Shown: piece after piece, positions 1-11,421 of the stretch
How positions within the stretch are numbered: the first letter of the stretch is position 1
How the letters are laid out: every line of letters starts with the position of its first letter
Assembly: GCA_963768305.1 (NCBI GenBank)
Contig: CAVYHE010000004.1
Span: 69,555 to 133,554 of the forward strand
Direction of reading: 5' to 3'
Source: an uncultured bacterium
GTDB lineage: Bacteria; Margulisbacteria; WOR-1; CAVSGV01
Length of the DNA stretch: 64,000 bases
Notes under the pieces: generated by a model
The model's input: the letters and a program-made list of their open reading frames with translations, nothing else
What the model was told of the DNA's origin: nothing
Databases searched by the model: none
Translations under genes and position numbers: made by a program

Positions 1-1336
1 GCAGAAAATAAAAGCAAAAAATCTTTCAGGCATAAATCTGCTGTCAGAGAAAAAAAGGGAGTATCCCAAGAACCGGCTTGCTTCACAGATCCTCGGCTTT
101 GTCGGCATGGACAATGAAGGCCTCTCCGGGATCGAAATTTCCTGCGATAAATATCTGAAAGGGGAAGCGGGGCTGCTTATAACCGAAGTCGACCCGAGCC
201 GCCGTGAGATAATGACGTCGAATTTAAGGGTCATTAAGGAACCGACGAACGGCGGGAATATCACCCTCACTATCGATGAGCCTATACAATATAAAGCTGA
301 GACAGAAATAAAGAAAATGACGGAATCCTCACATTCCATTTCGGGCAGCATCATAGTGATGGATATAAAGACCGGCGAAATACTTGCCATTGCATCATTC
401 CCGGATTTCGATCCGAATAGTTACCAGAAATTCAAACAGGATGTCTGGTACAACCATGTTGTCACGGATGTTTACGAGCCGGGTTCCACTTTCAAACTCG
501 TGACCGTTGCAAGCGGACTGGAAGAAGGTGTCATAACCCCGAACAGCGTGGTCTATTGTCCCGATGAGATCAATGTCGGGGGACGCATCATTAAGAATTC
601 GCATGAATTGAAATTAACGAAGAGAGACCTTTCTCTTGGTGAGATACTTGGCGAATCCGTGAACACCGGCGCGGTCCAGATAGCACTTAAGATCGGCCCC
701 GAGAATTTCTATAAAAATTTAAAAAATTTCGGATTCGGTGATCAGACCGGAATAGAACTTATGGGCGAATCAAAAGGGATCCTTTATGAGCCCTCTCTCT
801 GGGACAAACCGGACATAGGCATGCTTGCTTTCGGGCAGAGCATTGCTGTCACTCCCGTGCAGCTGCTTGCATCGTTATCATCAATTGCCAATGGCGGCAT
901 AAGGATGAGGCCTCATCTGATAAAAAAAATAGAGAACGATGACGCTGATTTTTATAAAGAATATTCCCCTGAATCACGCGGGCGCGCGATATCGCCGAAG
1001 ACCGCAAGAGAAATGCTGGCCCTTTGCGAGGATGCGGTTGAGCACGGAACGGGCCATCTCGCGAAGATAGACGGGTTCAGGGTGGGCGGGAAAACAGGGA
1101 CAGCTCAAAAAGTTAAGCCTGAAGGAAAGGGATATATGGACGGCCATTATATCTCCTCTTTCATCGGATTCACTCCCCTGGATGACCCAAGCATCGCGCT
1201 TCTAGTCATAATGAATGATCCGAAGCCCGTCATCTGGGGAGAAAAGGTGGCCGCGCCGGTGTTCAAGAATGTGGCGGAATTCGCCCTTAGAAGGCTTGAT
1301 ATTGCGCCCGACAAAAAAGAAAGTTCTGTGATATAA
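1..1336 (+). CDS. ftsI: Class B penicillin-binding protein (FtsI/SpoVD-like), 5'-truncated by window edge
   Basis: YEPGSTFK (SxxK), SVN (SxN) and KTGTAQK motifs; frame is open upstream of 107 (REYPKNRLASQILGFVG). Confidence 0.9.
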   Translation, partial: QKIKAKNLSGINLLSEKKREYPKNRLASQILGFVGMDNEGLSGIEISCDKYLKGEAGLLITEVDPSRREIMTSNLRVIKEPTNGGNITLTIDEPIQYKAETEIKKMTESSHSISGSIIVMDIKTGEILAIASFPDFDPNSYQKFKQDVWYNHVVTDVYEPGSTFKLVTVASGLEEGVITPNSVVYCPDEINVGGRIIKNSHELKLTKRDLSLGEILGESVNTGAVQIALKIGPENFYKNLKNFGFGDQTGIELMGESKGILYEPSLWDKPDIGMLAFGQSIAVTPVQLLASLSSIANGGIRMRPHLIKKIENDDADFYKEYSPESRGRAISPKTAREMLALCEDAVEHGTGHLAKIDGFRVGGKTGTAQKVKPEGKGYMDGHYISSFIGFTPLDDPSIALLVIMNDPKPVIWGEKVAAPVFKNVAEFALRRLDIAPDKKESSVI

Positions 1337-1346
1337 TTTGAAAAAC

Positions 1347-2333
1347 ATGATAAAGAAGAAGGTTTTATCCGGGATCCAGCCGTCCGGCAAGCTCCATCTG
1401 GGGAACCTTGTCGGGGCAATTTCGAACTGGGTCAAGCTTCAGGATAAGTACGACTGCCATTATTTCATTGCCGATCTTCATGCTTTAACAACGGGATACG
1501 CCGACACGGACAAATTGAAAGCTAATGTAATGGATGTGGCCATTGATATGCTCAGCGCGGGGCTTGATCCCGAAAAGTCAACGCTTTTCATCCAGTCCGA
1601 TATCCCCGAGCACAGCGAGCTTCATCTCATGTTCTCCATGATAACCCCGCTTCCGTGGCTTGAAAGGATCCCCACGTATAAATCGCAGATCGCCGAGCTG
1701 AAGGAAAAAGACCTCGGTACTTATGGATTCCTGGGTTATCCGGTCCTCCAGGCGGCGGATATACTTATATATAAAGCTGATTACGTTCCTGTGGGGCAGG
1801 ACCAGCTTCCGCATCTGGAATTCACCAGGGAGATAGCGCGCAGGTTCAATCATCTGTACAAGGAAATATTCCCTATCCCAGAGGACCTTCTTACGGAAGC
1901 GGCTGTCCTGCCGGGACTGGACGGAAGGAAGATGAGCAAAAGCTACGGCAATATAATAGCCATATCCGATCCGCCGGAAGTCGTGGCGCGCAGGGTGGGC
2001 GAGGCGGTGACGGATCCCGCGAGAGTAAAAAAGGGTGACAAAGGACATCCGGATATATGCGTGATCTACGCTTACCATAAATTATTCAATAAGGAAGAGG
2101 CAAAAAGGATAAAAGTGGATTGTTCCGGCGCGAAGATCGGCTGCGTTGAATGCAAAAAGATCGATCGCGGAGAAGCTGAATGAGTTCCTTGCGCCCATTT
2201 ATGAAAAAAGAAAAGCGCTGGAAAAGAACAAGGAACATGTTCGGGAGGTGTTCGCTGAAGGGAACAAGAAAGCGCAGGCAGAACGCCAGGCGAGACTCTC
2301 GCCGAAGCGAAAGAAGCGATGGGAATTAAGTGA
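1347..2333 (+). CDS. trpS: Tryptophan--tRNA ligase (frameshifts near 2158 and 2280-2292)
   Basis: SGIQPSGKLHLGN, VPVGQDQLPHLE and KMSKS motifs; C-terminus continues in other frames to ...AKEAMGIK*. Confidence 0.95.
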
Positions 2334-3114
2334 TGCAGAGCGAAGTGAAAAATGAAGCGATCGAAAATGATGAAGAAGAAAAATCGCTTCTAAGTTCTTA
2401 CCAGGTAAAACAGGAAGCTTTCGAAGGGCCGTTTGATCTTCTGCTGGCGCTGATCGACAAAGGCGATATCGACCTATATAAAGTGTCATTAACTGGCATT
2501 ACCGCCGGGTTCATGGAACACATAAAGACCATGGACAAGCTGAACATGGTCGTTGCCGGTGAATTCCTTCTTATGGCGGCATATCTTCTGGAAATGAAAT
2601 CCAAAATGCTTCTCCCCGAAAAACCTTCTCTTGAAGATGAGGAAGAGCCTCGTCGAATGTAGAAGAAGAGCTTCTGGAGAGGCTCGCGGAATACAAGCTC
2701 TACAAGGGCCTCGCGTTGAGCCTGAAAGAGCGCAAGGAAGTGTTCCAGAAGGTTTATGCCAGGTATAAGCCGGAGGAAGCCCTGGAGGACAGGGAAATAT
2801 TCCTTGTGGAAGTTTCAATGAAGGACCTGGTCGCTGCTTTCAAGCGCGTCTGGGACATTGCGGAGAGCAGGGAAAAGACATCGGAAATAATCGCAGAAGC
2901 TTTTTCTGTGGACGATAAGATCGCCGAGATCAAGGAAAAGTTAAGGAACAGCCCGGAGGGCTTGAGCTTTGATTCTCTTTTTGTCAGGTTCGTCAAGAAC
3001 GAGATCATCATCACTTTTCTCGCCATACTCGAGCTGATCAGGCAGAAACTGATAAAGATCCTGCAGAGCGATACTTTCGGCGAGATATATATTTACGGGA
3101 ATGCGAGGAGATAA
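2333..3114 (+). CDS. scpA: Segregation/condensation protein A (frameshift ~2650)
   Basis: FEGPFDLLL N-terminus, FLAILELIR C-terminus; upstream of scpB. Confidence 0.92.
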
Positions 3115-3703
3115 TTTGGAAGAAGGCATGGAGATCAGCTATCCAAGACTGAAAACAATACTGGAATCGCTTTTGTTCATCACAAAAAAGCCGGTCACTC
3201 TGGAGGAGCTTCAAACGGTGACAGGCGTGGATATAAAGCTGATAGAAAAAACCCTTTATGACCTTATTGTCGAATATGACGGCAAGGGAGTTAATATCGT
3301 GAAGATAGCCGGCGGATATCACATGGTGACGAAACCTGAGAACGTTGATTTTGTCGACAAACTCATCCATTCTCCCATAGAGACAACGCTTTCCAACGCG
3401 GCGCTTGAAACACTGGCCATAATCGCCTATAAACAGCCGGTTACCAGATTAACAATTGAAAATATCAGGGGCGTCAATTCGGACGGCGTTGTGGACACTC
3501 TCGTTGATAAACGGCTTATAAAGGAAGTCGGAAAGGGTGAAGGGCTTGGAAGGCCCATCCTCTACGGAACTACGGTGGATTTCCTGAGGCATTTCGGATT
3601 GAAGGACCTGAAGGACATGTCGCCTCTGCCGGTAGATGAGATCACCGCGTTCAAAGAAGGCTCTATTCTGCCGAAAGAACAGGCACAGGAGGGATCAATA
3701 TGA
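3101..3703 (+). CDS. scpB: SMC-Scp complex subunit ScpB
   Basis: LSNAALETLAIIAYKQPVTR...RGVNSD...GRPILYGTT..FL..FGL. Confidence 0.95.
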   Translation: MRGDNLEEGMEISYPRLKTILESLLFITKKPVTLEELQTVTGVDIKLIEKTLYDLIVEYDGKGVNIVKIAGGYHMVTKPENVDFVDKLIHSPIETTLSNAALETLAIIAYKQPVTRLTIENIRGVNSDGVVDTLVDKRLIKEVGKGEGLGRPILYGTTVDFLRHFGLKDLKDMSPLPVDEITAFKEGSILPKEQAQEGSI

Positions 3704-4611
3704 GCATCGGAAATATCTTAAAAGAAAAAAGAGAAGAGCGGAAGCTGTCCGTCGCGCAGATTTCTTCGGTCATAAGGATAAATAAGAAATACCTTCAGGC
3801 GCTGGAGGATGAAAATTTCCTTTTGCTCCCTTCTCTCGTATATGCAAAAGGCTTTTTAAAAGCGTATTCCGAATATCTGGGGCTGGACCCGAAAGGTCTT
3901 TTAAGCGAGTTATCGGAATATTTCAGGAACATAGATGAGGGCAGAAGAGCTATTGTTCCGGCGCCGAAGGGCAGGAAGAACATACCGATGCCGAAAATGC
4001 CCGATATGAATTTTGAACTGAAAATGCCTAGGTTCCCGAAGATCGATCTTTCAAGATTTGAATTTCGATATTCGCATGCCGAAACTTCCGCAAATGCCAA
4101 AGCTCCCTGCATATGCCAAAGCGTCCGGCGATGCCAAAACTCCCGCGAGCCGCTTTGCCGAAGGTCAATTTTAATATCATCAAATATGCGGCAATGCTCG
4201 CGATATTCTTGATTATAGCGTTCTTTGCCGTGAGCCTGGTCCCGCGGATCAGTCTCTTTCCGTCCGAAAAGTAGAATGCTTATCAAGGCAAATCCGCCTG
4301 CGAACGCAAAAATATATTCCTCCTGTCGCGCCCCAAGGAAAAAGTTGCTGATGAATCAGCCGTGCCGAAGGGCAGGATCGAAGTAAAGATCCAGGCGGTT
4401 GGAAGAGCTACGATAAAGGTCTCTTCCGGCTCCATGGAATTGTTCAGTGGAACGGTAAAGCCGGGGACAAAACTCAGGTTCATAGGCAGGGAGATAAAAG
4501 TGAAGACCGACAACGGCGGAGCGATAAAAGTGATCGTCGGCGGCAATCCTCTGGGTCTTGTCGGCGAAGACGGCGCCGCGGCGGAAAAGACATACAAGGC
4601 GTACCGAGTGA
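3700..4611 (+). CDS. RodZ-like protein: XRE HTH, Pro-rich linker, TM helix, DUF4115-like C-terminus (several frameshifts)
   Basis: IGNILKEKRE...YLQALE...YAKGFLKAYSEYLGLD; TM segment (YAAMLAIFLIIAFFAVSLV) in a shifted frame; beta-rich C-terminus at 4362-4610. Confidence 0.75.
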
Positions 4612-5366
4612 GCGGCACAGAAGCGCATCTCTACGAAATATTCTCCTCTTTCCAGGGCGAAGGCCTCTATATCGGCGAGCGGCAGATATTCATAAGATAC
4701 CTTGATGTGCAACATGAGCTGCGCGTACTGCGATAGCGTTGACTGTCTAGTACCTCAAAAAACATTCAGAGTGGAAGAAACCCCGGGGAAAAGCGATTTC
4801 AAAATATATAATAACCCAGCGACTATCGATCAAATATGCATGTTTGTCGATCACCTGAAAGGGCCAAAGGACCTTCACCACAGCATTTCTCTGACCGGAG
4901 GAGAACCATTATTCAGATGGATATTCTGAAGAATCTGATCCCAAAGCTGAAGGAGAGGGGATTGAAGATATACCTTGAGACCAACGGCACTATGCCGGAA
5001 AGGCTGGCCGAGATCATAGATCAGGTTGATATCGTTGCCATGGATATTAAATTGCCGAGCATGACAGGCGCTTCAGATGTGCTTGCTGAGCATAAAAAGT
5101 TCCTTGAGATCGCGATCGCGAAGGATATGTTCGTGAAGATAGTTTTTGGGAAACAGTCAAAGCCTATTGAGATCGAGAACGCTTCAAAGACAATAGCGGA
5201 TATCAGCAGGGATATTCCTCTTGTGCTTCAGCCTGTCACTCCCGTTCGCGATATCAAGCACGGGCCGCTTCCGGAGCAGATGATCACATTCCATTCGATC
5301 GCGAAAAGGCATTTGGCAAATGTACGTGTGATCCCGCAAGTTCACAAGATAATGGGTCAGTTATAG
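4608..5366 (+). CDS. queE: 7-carboxy-7-deazaguanine synthase QueE (radical SAM; frameshifts ~4712 and ~4910)
   Basis: EIFSSFQGEG, CNMSCAYCD (CxxxCxxC), SLTGGEP, YLETNGT, RVIPQVHK. Confidence 0.9.
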
Positions 5367-5393
5367 CAGATATGATTTGTTCGTAAATTGTGC

Positions 5394-5422
5394 TTGACTA
5401 TGAGGCAAGTTGCTCTTAAAAT
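5394..5422 (+). promoter_or_regulatory. Sigma70-type promoter
   Basis: TTGACT-N17-TAAAAT upstream of RBS AGGAGGTG and ATG 5465. Confidence 0.7.
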
Positions 5423-5464
5423 GCTCACAGAATAAGGGAAATAAAACAGATCAGGAGGTGAATC

Positions 5465-5617
5465 ATGGCGGAAGTAAAAGGTTATTGCGTGAAATGCAAA
5501 AAGAAACAAACAATGGACAGCCCGAAAGAAGTCACGTTAAAGAACAAGAGGAAAGCCGTTTCGGGTAAATGCCCGAAATGCGGCACAAAGATGTTCAGGA
5601 TCGGCGGAATGGCGTAG
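5465..5617 (+). CDS. 50-aa zinc-ribbon protein (DUF5679-like), absent from the ORF track
   Basis: MAEVKGYCVKCKKKQTMDSPKEVTLKNKRKAVSGKCPKCGTKMFRIGGMA*; two CxxC, strong RBS, own promoter and terminator. Confidence 0.85.
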   Translation: MAEVKGYCVKCKKKQTMDSPKEVTLKNKRKAVSGKCPKCGTKMFRIGGMA

Positions 5618-5636
5618 CTTGAGTTCTTAATTCAAT

Positions 5637-5681
5637 AAAGCTACCAGGTAAATTGAAGGTTACTTGGTAGCTTTTCCTTTT
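5637..5681 (+). terminator. Intrinsic terminator
   Basis: AAAGCTACCAGGTAA...TTACTTGGTAGCTTT hairpin followed by a T-rich tract. Confidence 0.7.
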
Positions 5682-5712
5682 ATGTGCTTCTGAAAAATGT
5701 TATAATTCCCTC

Positions 5713-6533
5713 ATGCCTGCTGACCTGCACATTCACACGAACTTCTCGGATGGAATGTTCTCCCCTGAAGAGATAGTCAGAAAAGCCCGCGATGCGGGGC
5801 TTACAGTGATATCCATAACCGACCACGATATTATTGACGGGATCGAGCCTGCTGTGGAAGAGGGGAAAAAACTCGGCGTAAGGGTGATACCCGGCATTGA
5901 ATTCACCACAGATCTCCAGGACGCCGAGTTACACATACTCGGATACTTCATCGACCATAAGGCTGAAATGGCTGAAAGACCTGTTACTGAAGATCCGGGA
6001 AGACAGGACCAACAGGGTCTATAAGATCATGGAAAAACTGAAAAACCTTGACGTCACCCTGAGCGCGAAGGAAGTGCTGGACCTTGCCGAAAAGGGCTCG
6101 GTGGGCAGGCCTCACGTGGCGCGCGCGCTTATTAAGGCCGGCATAGTCAGCACCATCCAGGAAGCTTTCAATAAATATCTCAATAACAACGGACCGGCAT
6201 ATGTTCCGCATTACCGCCTGACCCCTGCCGATGCGATACAGACCATCATAAAAGCCGGAGGCATACCTGTGTTTGCCCATCCGGCAGTGTCCAAACGGGA
6301 TGAATCTGATCCCGGAGCTTGCCGCGGAAGGATTGGCCGGGATAGAAGTATATTACGGAAAACATTCTGATCTTCAGGTAAAGCATTATCAGGCTCTTGC
6401 GAGAAAGAACGGTCTTTTGATGACCGGCGGGACGGATTTTCACGGCCTGGGGACAGGAAGGGATATCCAGCTGGGAGACATCAAACTTAATGATAAATAT
6501 ATCATCAAACTTGAGGAGTGGAAGAAAAAATGA
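5713..6533 (+). CDS. PHP-domain phosphoesterase (TrpH/YciV family; frameshifts ~5965 and ~6300)
   Basis: DLHIHTNFSDG, ITDHD, IPGIE, HILGY, GRPHVA, AHP, TGGTDFHG. Confidence 0.9.
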
Positions 6534-7630
6534 AGGAGATCAGACATTTCGTTGAGATCAGCATTTCAAATATCCTTCATAATATTAAAGAGTTGAGATC
6601 TCTCCTTGCGCGCAAAGTTAAATTCATGGCTGTTGTGAAGGCTGATGCCTACGGGCATGGAGCGGTCGCGGTTTCGAAAGCCATAGAAAACAAAGTTGAC
6701 TGCCTTGCGGTGGCGACGCTTTCCGAGGCGCTCGAATTAAAAAAGGCCGGCATTAAAGCTCCCATCCTTCTTCTCAGCGAGACTCACTCGTCGAATGCGG
6801 TCGATATCGTAAAGAATGGGTTCATTCAAACGGTATATACATTGCAATTGGCATCTGCCCTTTCCAGAGCGGCCAAAAAGCTCGGTAAAAAAGCAAGGGT
6901 CCATTTGAAGATCGATACCGGAATGGGAAGGGTGGGGATGCATTTCGGCGAGGCGGAGGAATTATTCAAAGCAATTTCAAGATTGCCGGATCTGAGGATC
7001 GAAGGCATTTTCACTCATTTCGCAGGCTCGGAAGAGATGGATGAGTTCACGGCTGAACAGCTGAAAAGGTTCAGGTCGTTCATATCAAAGATAGACCATG
7101 TCAGCTACATCCTGCACGCGGCGAACAGCGCGGCGGTCATCAATCATCAGGCGAGCCATCTTGATATGGTAAGAGTGGGGCTTTCGATGTACGGAATTTA
7201 TCCTCAAGGGATAAAAAAGCATATCGTGAACTTAAAGCCGGCGCTTCAATTCAAAACCCATGTCGTTTACCTGAAAAAAGTTCCCGCGGGCACGCCGCTG
7301 AGCTACGGCTCCACATATATAACAAAGCATCCTGCGAATATCGCCACGCTGCCGGTGGGTTATGCCGACGGGCTTCCGCGGGCGCTTTCGAACAAAGGCG
7401 AAGTCTTGATAAGAGGCAAAAGATTTCCGATAGTTGGAAGGGTATGCATGGACCTGACGCTTATCGATGTCGGTGATTCGAATATCAAGGTCGGCGATGA
7501 AGTAGCCATCATCGGAAGCCAGGGAAAAGAAAACATTTCAGCCGATGATATCGGGAAACTTGCGGATACCATCAGTTATGAGATAATTTGCGGGATAGGG
7601 AAAAGAGTGCCGAGGATATACAAACAATGA
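6530..7630 (+). CDS. alr: Alanine racemase
   Basis: AVVKADAYGHG (PLP lysine), KIDTGMGR, GYADG, GRVCMD. Confidence 0.97.
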   Translation: MKEIRHFVEISISNILHNIKELRSLLARKVKFMAVVKADAYGHGAVAVSKAIENKVDCLAVATLSEALELKKAGIKAPILLLSETHSSNAVDIVKNGFIQTVYTLQLASALSRAAKKLGKKARVHLKIDTGMGRVGMHFGEAEELFKAISRLPDLRIEGIFTHFAGSEEMDEFTAEQLKRFRSFISKIDHVSYILHAANSAAVINHQASHLDMVRVGLSMYGIYPQGIKKHIVNLKPALQFKTHVVYLKKVPAGTPLSYGSTYITKHPANIATLPVGYADGLPRALSNKGEVLIRGKRFPIVGRVCMDLTLIDVGDSNIKVGDEVAIIGSQGKENISADDIGKLADTISYEIICGIGKRVPRIYKQ

Positions 7631-9171
7631 ATTACGTTCCTTTATACAGAAAATGGCGGTCGCAGAACTTCGACGAGATAGTCGGGCAGGAGTTCATTGT
7701 CCAGACGCTGAAGAATGCCGTGAAGAGCGGAAGGGTCGCGCACGCTTATCTTTTCTCCGGGCCCCGCGGGACCGGAAAGACCAGCACGGCAAGGATACTG
7801 GCGAAAGCGCTCAACTGCGTTAACGGGCCGACCCCGAACCCTTGCGGCACATGCGACCAGTGCATGAAAATAAAGAACGGCCACGCTATCGATGTTATCG
7901 AGATCGACGCCGCTTCCAACAGGGGCATCGATGAAATAAGGAATTTGAGAGAAGGCGTCAGATACACTCCTGTTGAAGGCAGATACAAGGTCTACATCAT
8001 CGACGAGGTCCACATGCTCACATCCGAGGCTTTCAACGCGCTTCTTAAGACGCTGGAGGAGCCGCCGGCGCACGCGGTATTCATTCTTGCCACGACCGAA
8101 TCCCAGAAAGTTCCCGTGACGATCGCTTCCCGCTGCCAGAGGCTGGACTTCAGGCGGCTTTCAAATCCGGAGATACTTTCCCAATTGAAAAAGATCGCTG
8201 ATGCCGAAGGAATAAAGATCGACGATGCCGGCGCTTCCATGATCGCGAGGAATTCGGACGGTTCAATGAGGGACGCCATATCGCTGTTCGACCAGCTAAT
8301 TTCTTTCAGCGGCAAGAGCATAAAGGCGGATGATGTGATTTCCGTCCTCGGCACGGCGAACACCGACGCTGTTTTTGAATTCGGTGAAGCGCTCGGCAAA
8401 AACGATGTCAATAAGCTTTTTGAGCTTGTGAACATTATGGCGTCTTCAGGAAGGAGCATTCCCCAGGCGACAAAAGATATCCTCCTTCACTTGAGGAATT
8501 TGATGTTCACCATACTGGGCAGCGATTCGGTCATCGAAGAATCTTCCGAACATCTTGCCAGATTGAAGGCCCAGGCAAGATTATTCACGCTTGATAAAAT
8601 AAAAGAAATGATGAAAGTGTTTTCAAAAGCGGAAGTTGACATGAAGTGGCATCCGCAGGCGAGGCTGCTGCTGGAAGTGGCTGTCCTTGAGAGCTGCCAG
8701 GATCCCAAAATGCCGGAGAAAAAGATCGAAGAGCGGCAACCCCTCAAATTTGACAAGAAAGAAGAAAAGTCCGTTAAAACGTTCGATGAAAAACCGGCTG
8801 CAGCAAAGTTGGATGAGCCTGTCATCCAGAAACCGTCCGGCGAGGGCATCTCATCCATCAGGACAGGCTGGGATTCGGTGCTGAACGAGGTTAAAAAGAA
8901 AAGCATCCACGCTTACATCGCCCTTCACGAAGCCGATCCTTTCTCTTTGTCAGAGGGCAAGCTGGTCGTAAGGTTCAGGAAGGGTTTTGCTTTCCATAAA
9001 TCAACTTTGGATGACGGACAGGCAAAGGATGTGGCAGAGGCGGCATTGAAAAAGGTTTACGGCAGGGATATCAAGCTGGAAAGCATGATAGACGCGTCCG
9101 TTGCTTCTGCCGCGCAGGAAGAAATAGCGTCGAAGGCGGCCGATCTTTTCGGCGGCCAGGTGATATCTTAG
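7627..9171 (+). CDS. dnaX: DNA polymerase III subunit gamma/tau
   Basis: YRKWRSQNF, GPRGTGKT, Zn cysteines, IIDEVHML, SRC. Confidence 0.97.
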   Translation: MNYVPLYRKWRSQNFDEIVGQEFIVQTLKNAVKSGRVAHAYLFSGPRGTGKTSTARILAKALNCVNGPTPNPCGTCDQCMKIKNGHAIDVIEIDAASNRGIDEIRNLREGVRYTPVEGRYKVYIIDEVHMLTSEAFNALLKTLEEPPAHAVFILATTESQKVPVTIASRCQRLDFRRLSNPEILSQLKKIADAEGIKIDDAGASMIARNSDGSMRDAISLFDQLISFSGKSIKADDVISVLGTANTDAVFEFGEALGKNDVNKLFELVNIMASSGRSIPQATKDILLHLRNLMFTILGSDSVIEESSEHLARLKAQARLFTLDKIKEMMKVFSKAEVDMKWHPQARLLLEVAVLESCQDPKMPEKKIEERQPLKFDKKEEKSVKTFDEKPAAAKLDEPVIQKPSGEGISSIRTGWDSVLNEVKKKSIHAYIALHEADPFSLSEGKLVVRFRKGFAFHKSTLDDGQAKDVAEAALKKVYGRDIKLESMIDASVASAAQEEIASKAADLFGGQVIS

Positions 9172-9192
9172 TCCCACCTCTCCATTTTTCCC

Positions 9193-9221
9193 TTGACAGC
9201 AATAAAAAAGGCATGTATATT
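9193..9221 (+). promoter_or_regulatory. Sigma70 promoter, probably giving a leaderless mRNA
   Basis: TTGACA-N17-TATATT ending 7 nt before ATG 9229. Confidence 0.7.
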
Positions 9222-9228
9222 TCATTCT

Positions 9229-9540
9229 ATGATATTCGGAAATATCGGCGACATGGTCGGCAAGGTCAAGAAAATGCAGGAAGACCTGAAGAGCGTCCAG
9301 AAAGAACTTTCGCAAACCACATTTGAGGAGAATTCAGGCGGCGTCAAAGTGGTCGTATCGGGCGATCTGGAGCTGCGCGAACTTAAGCTTGACCCGAAAA
9401 TACTTGAGAACAATGATATCAAACGCATCGAATGGCTTATCTCCGACGCTGTCGATAAAGCCTTTGCGACCGCGAAAAAAGAAGCGGCCATCAAATTAAA
9501 AAGGGTAACAGGCGGGCTTTCCATACCCGGCCTTTTCTAG
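9229..9540 (+). CDS. ybaB: YbaB/EbfC nucleoid-associated protein
   Basis: KKMQEDL...[10 protein letters not shown]...[10 protein letters not shown]; lies between dnaX and recR. Confidence 0.9.
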   Translation: MIFGNIGDMVGKVKKMQEDLKSVQKELSQTTFEENSGGVKVVVSGDLELRELKLDPKILENNDIKRIEWLISDAVDKAFATAKKEAAIKLKRVTGGLSIPGLF

Positions 9541-9548
9541 GCGGAACC

Positions 9549-10146
9549 ATGTCATCCAGATATCCTGAGCCGATGGGCCGTCTTATTTCCGAGTTCACAA
9601 AAATGCCGGGCATCGGCCCGAAATCGGCGCAGAGGCTGGCTTTTTACATCCTTCAGGCGTCGGAACAGCGATGTAAAAGAACTTATCAGCACATTGCAGG
9701 AAACGAAGAAAAAGGTCAGATATTGCTCGACCTGCTTCAATATTTCAGTGGAAGATCCCTGCGAGATATGCAGTGATACGAACAGGGACAAAAGCAAGAT
9801 ATGCGTCGTGGCTCTCTCTCAGGACCTGATTGCGATAGAGAAGACGAGAGAGTATAATGGTCTCTACCATGTTCTGGGCGGGGTCATCTCTCCGCTGGAC
9901 GGTGTCGGGCCCGAGAACCTGAGGATAAAAGAATTACTTAAGCGGCTGAAGGATGTAAAAGAGGTGATCCTGGCGCTTAATCCTACTGTGGAGGGGGAAG
10001 CGACGGTCATCTATTTGACAAAACTTTTGAAGCCGCTGGTAACTGTCACCCGCATAGCATACGGTCTGCCGGTCGGCAGCGACATGGATTACGCGGACGA
10101 GGTCACGCTCACAAAAGCATTTGAAGGAAGGCGAGAAGTCTCTTGA
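9549..10146 (+). CDS. recR: Recombination protein RecR (frameshift ~9668)
   Basis: [14 protein letters not shown]4 zinc finger, [22 protein letters not shown]. Confidence 0.95.
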
Positions 10147-10826
10147 ACTGGTATCTAGATACATTATATACATTGATATTAAGGCCGATACTTTTCTATC
10201 AGCGCATGCCGAAAGGCACCTGGCGCGAGGAGCCTCTTTCATTCGCCATGATCACCGGCTGGGTGATAGCCATCACTCTTACGATCGTATTTTTCATAAA
10301 CAGTTATATTCCAACAGGATTAAGCCTTATTGAAGGCATTTCTGGGCGGAAGCTTATAATAGTGATCCCTGTCCTTTCTGTGATGGGGATCGCGTTCTTT
10401 GCAATGACAGCCCTCATACTTGGGGGCATATTCATTTGCGCGGTGATCGGATTGATGTTCTTTTGCGCCGCCATCCTGAATTTCCTGCTTTTGCTTTTGG
10501 GCGGAAAAGGGAATTTTTCCGAAGTATTTAAGGCTTCGCTTTTTTCCAGCGGCGTCTTTCTTTCCGGTTTGCTTAACATATTATTGATGTTGCCGGTAAA
10601 GCACAAACTGATGGCATTTTCTGACTGGATCAACGGAGAAAGGGTTATTTTTTATTGTTCCGCGGTATTCTTGTACGGGCTTTTCAGCATTCTCGGAAGG
10701 AAAACGCACAACCTGCCAAGATGGAAAGCTTTTCTCGCAGCATCGATCCCGTTCATCATTCTGGTAGCACTGAATATCGTAATATCCGCGAAGGTCCTGC
10801 CGAAGCTGGCTGGGATATTAGGGTAA
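10143..10826 (+). CDS. Multi-TM membrane protein (YIP1-like)
   Basis: About 5 hydrophobic helices; N-terminal LxxPxxF pattern. Confidence 0.55.
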   Translation: MNWYLDTLYTLILRPILFYQRMPKGTWREEPLSFAMITGWVIAITLTIVFFINSYIPTGLSLIEGISGRKLIIVIPVLSVMGIAFFAMTALILGGIFICAVIGLMFFCAAILNFLLLLLGGKGNFSEVFKASLFSSGVFLSGLLNILLMLPVKHKLMAFSDWINGERVIFYCSAVFLYGLFSILGRKTHNLPRWKAFLAASIPFIILVALNIVISAKVLPKLAGILG

Positions 10827-10839
10827 TTAAGGAGGAGAA

Positions 10840-11421
10840 ATGGCGAAGAACGAGATTGTTGAGATAAGATGGCACGGAAGGGGAGGCCAGGGAGCGAAAA
10901 CAGCGGCGCTCCTTTTCGCGGACGCCGCGCTTTCTGAAGGAAAATTCATCCAGGCATTCCCTGAATACGGCCCCGAAAGGATGGGAGCGCCGGTCCAGTC
11001 GTTCAACAGGCTTTCGGACGGGCCCATAACCCTTCACTGCGCGATCAAGAACCCGAAATATGTGATTGTCCTCGATCCGACATTGATAAGCAGCGTGGAC
11101 GTCCTTGCGGGCGTTCCCGCCGACGGAAAGATCATCATTAATACCAGCAAAACTCCGGCAGAGATCAAAGGCGAGCTGAAGAACAAGGACGTTAAGGTTT
11201 ATACCATCGATGCGTCCAAGATAGCGAAGGAGACCATGGGAAGGGACATCCCGAACACGCCCATGCTTGGCGCCATGGCCAATGCGACAAAGCTCCTGGA
11301 TTTTGAAAGGCTCTTGAAGGACCTGGAGATCAAATTAAAAAAGAAATTCGCTTCAAAGCCCGAGATAGTTGAGGGCAACTTGAAAGCTGTGAGACGCGCT
11401 TATGAGGAGGTAAAGAATTAA
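10840..11421 (+). CDS. porC: Pyruvate:ferredoxin oxidoreductase gamma subunit
   Basis: EIRWHGRGGQGAKT, YGPERMGAP. Confidence 0.93.
   Translation: MAKNEIVEIRWHGRGGQGAKTAALLFADAALSEGKFIQAFPEYGPERMGAPVQSFNRLSDGPITLHCAIKNPKYVIVLDPTLISSVDVLAGVPADGKIIINTSKTPAEIKGELKNKDVKVYTIDASKIAKETMGRDIPNTPMLGAMANATKLLDFERLLKDLEIKLKKKFASKPEIVEGNLKAVRRAYEEVKN

Noticed and set aside
4362..4736. Apparent in-frame fusion of the RodZ-like C-terminus to QueE
   Set aside because: A GTGA start/stop overlap at 4608-4611 and several nearby indels favour two coupled genes joined by a sequence error.
8714..8755. Programmed -1 frameshift in dnaX at G AAA AAG
   Set aside because: It is not a full A AAA AAG slippery heptamer, and no clear downstream stimulatory hairpin was seen.
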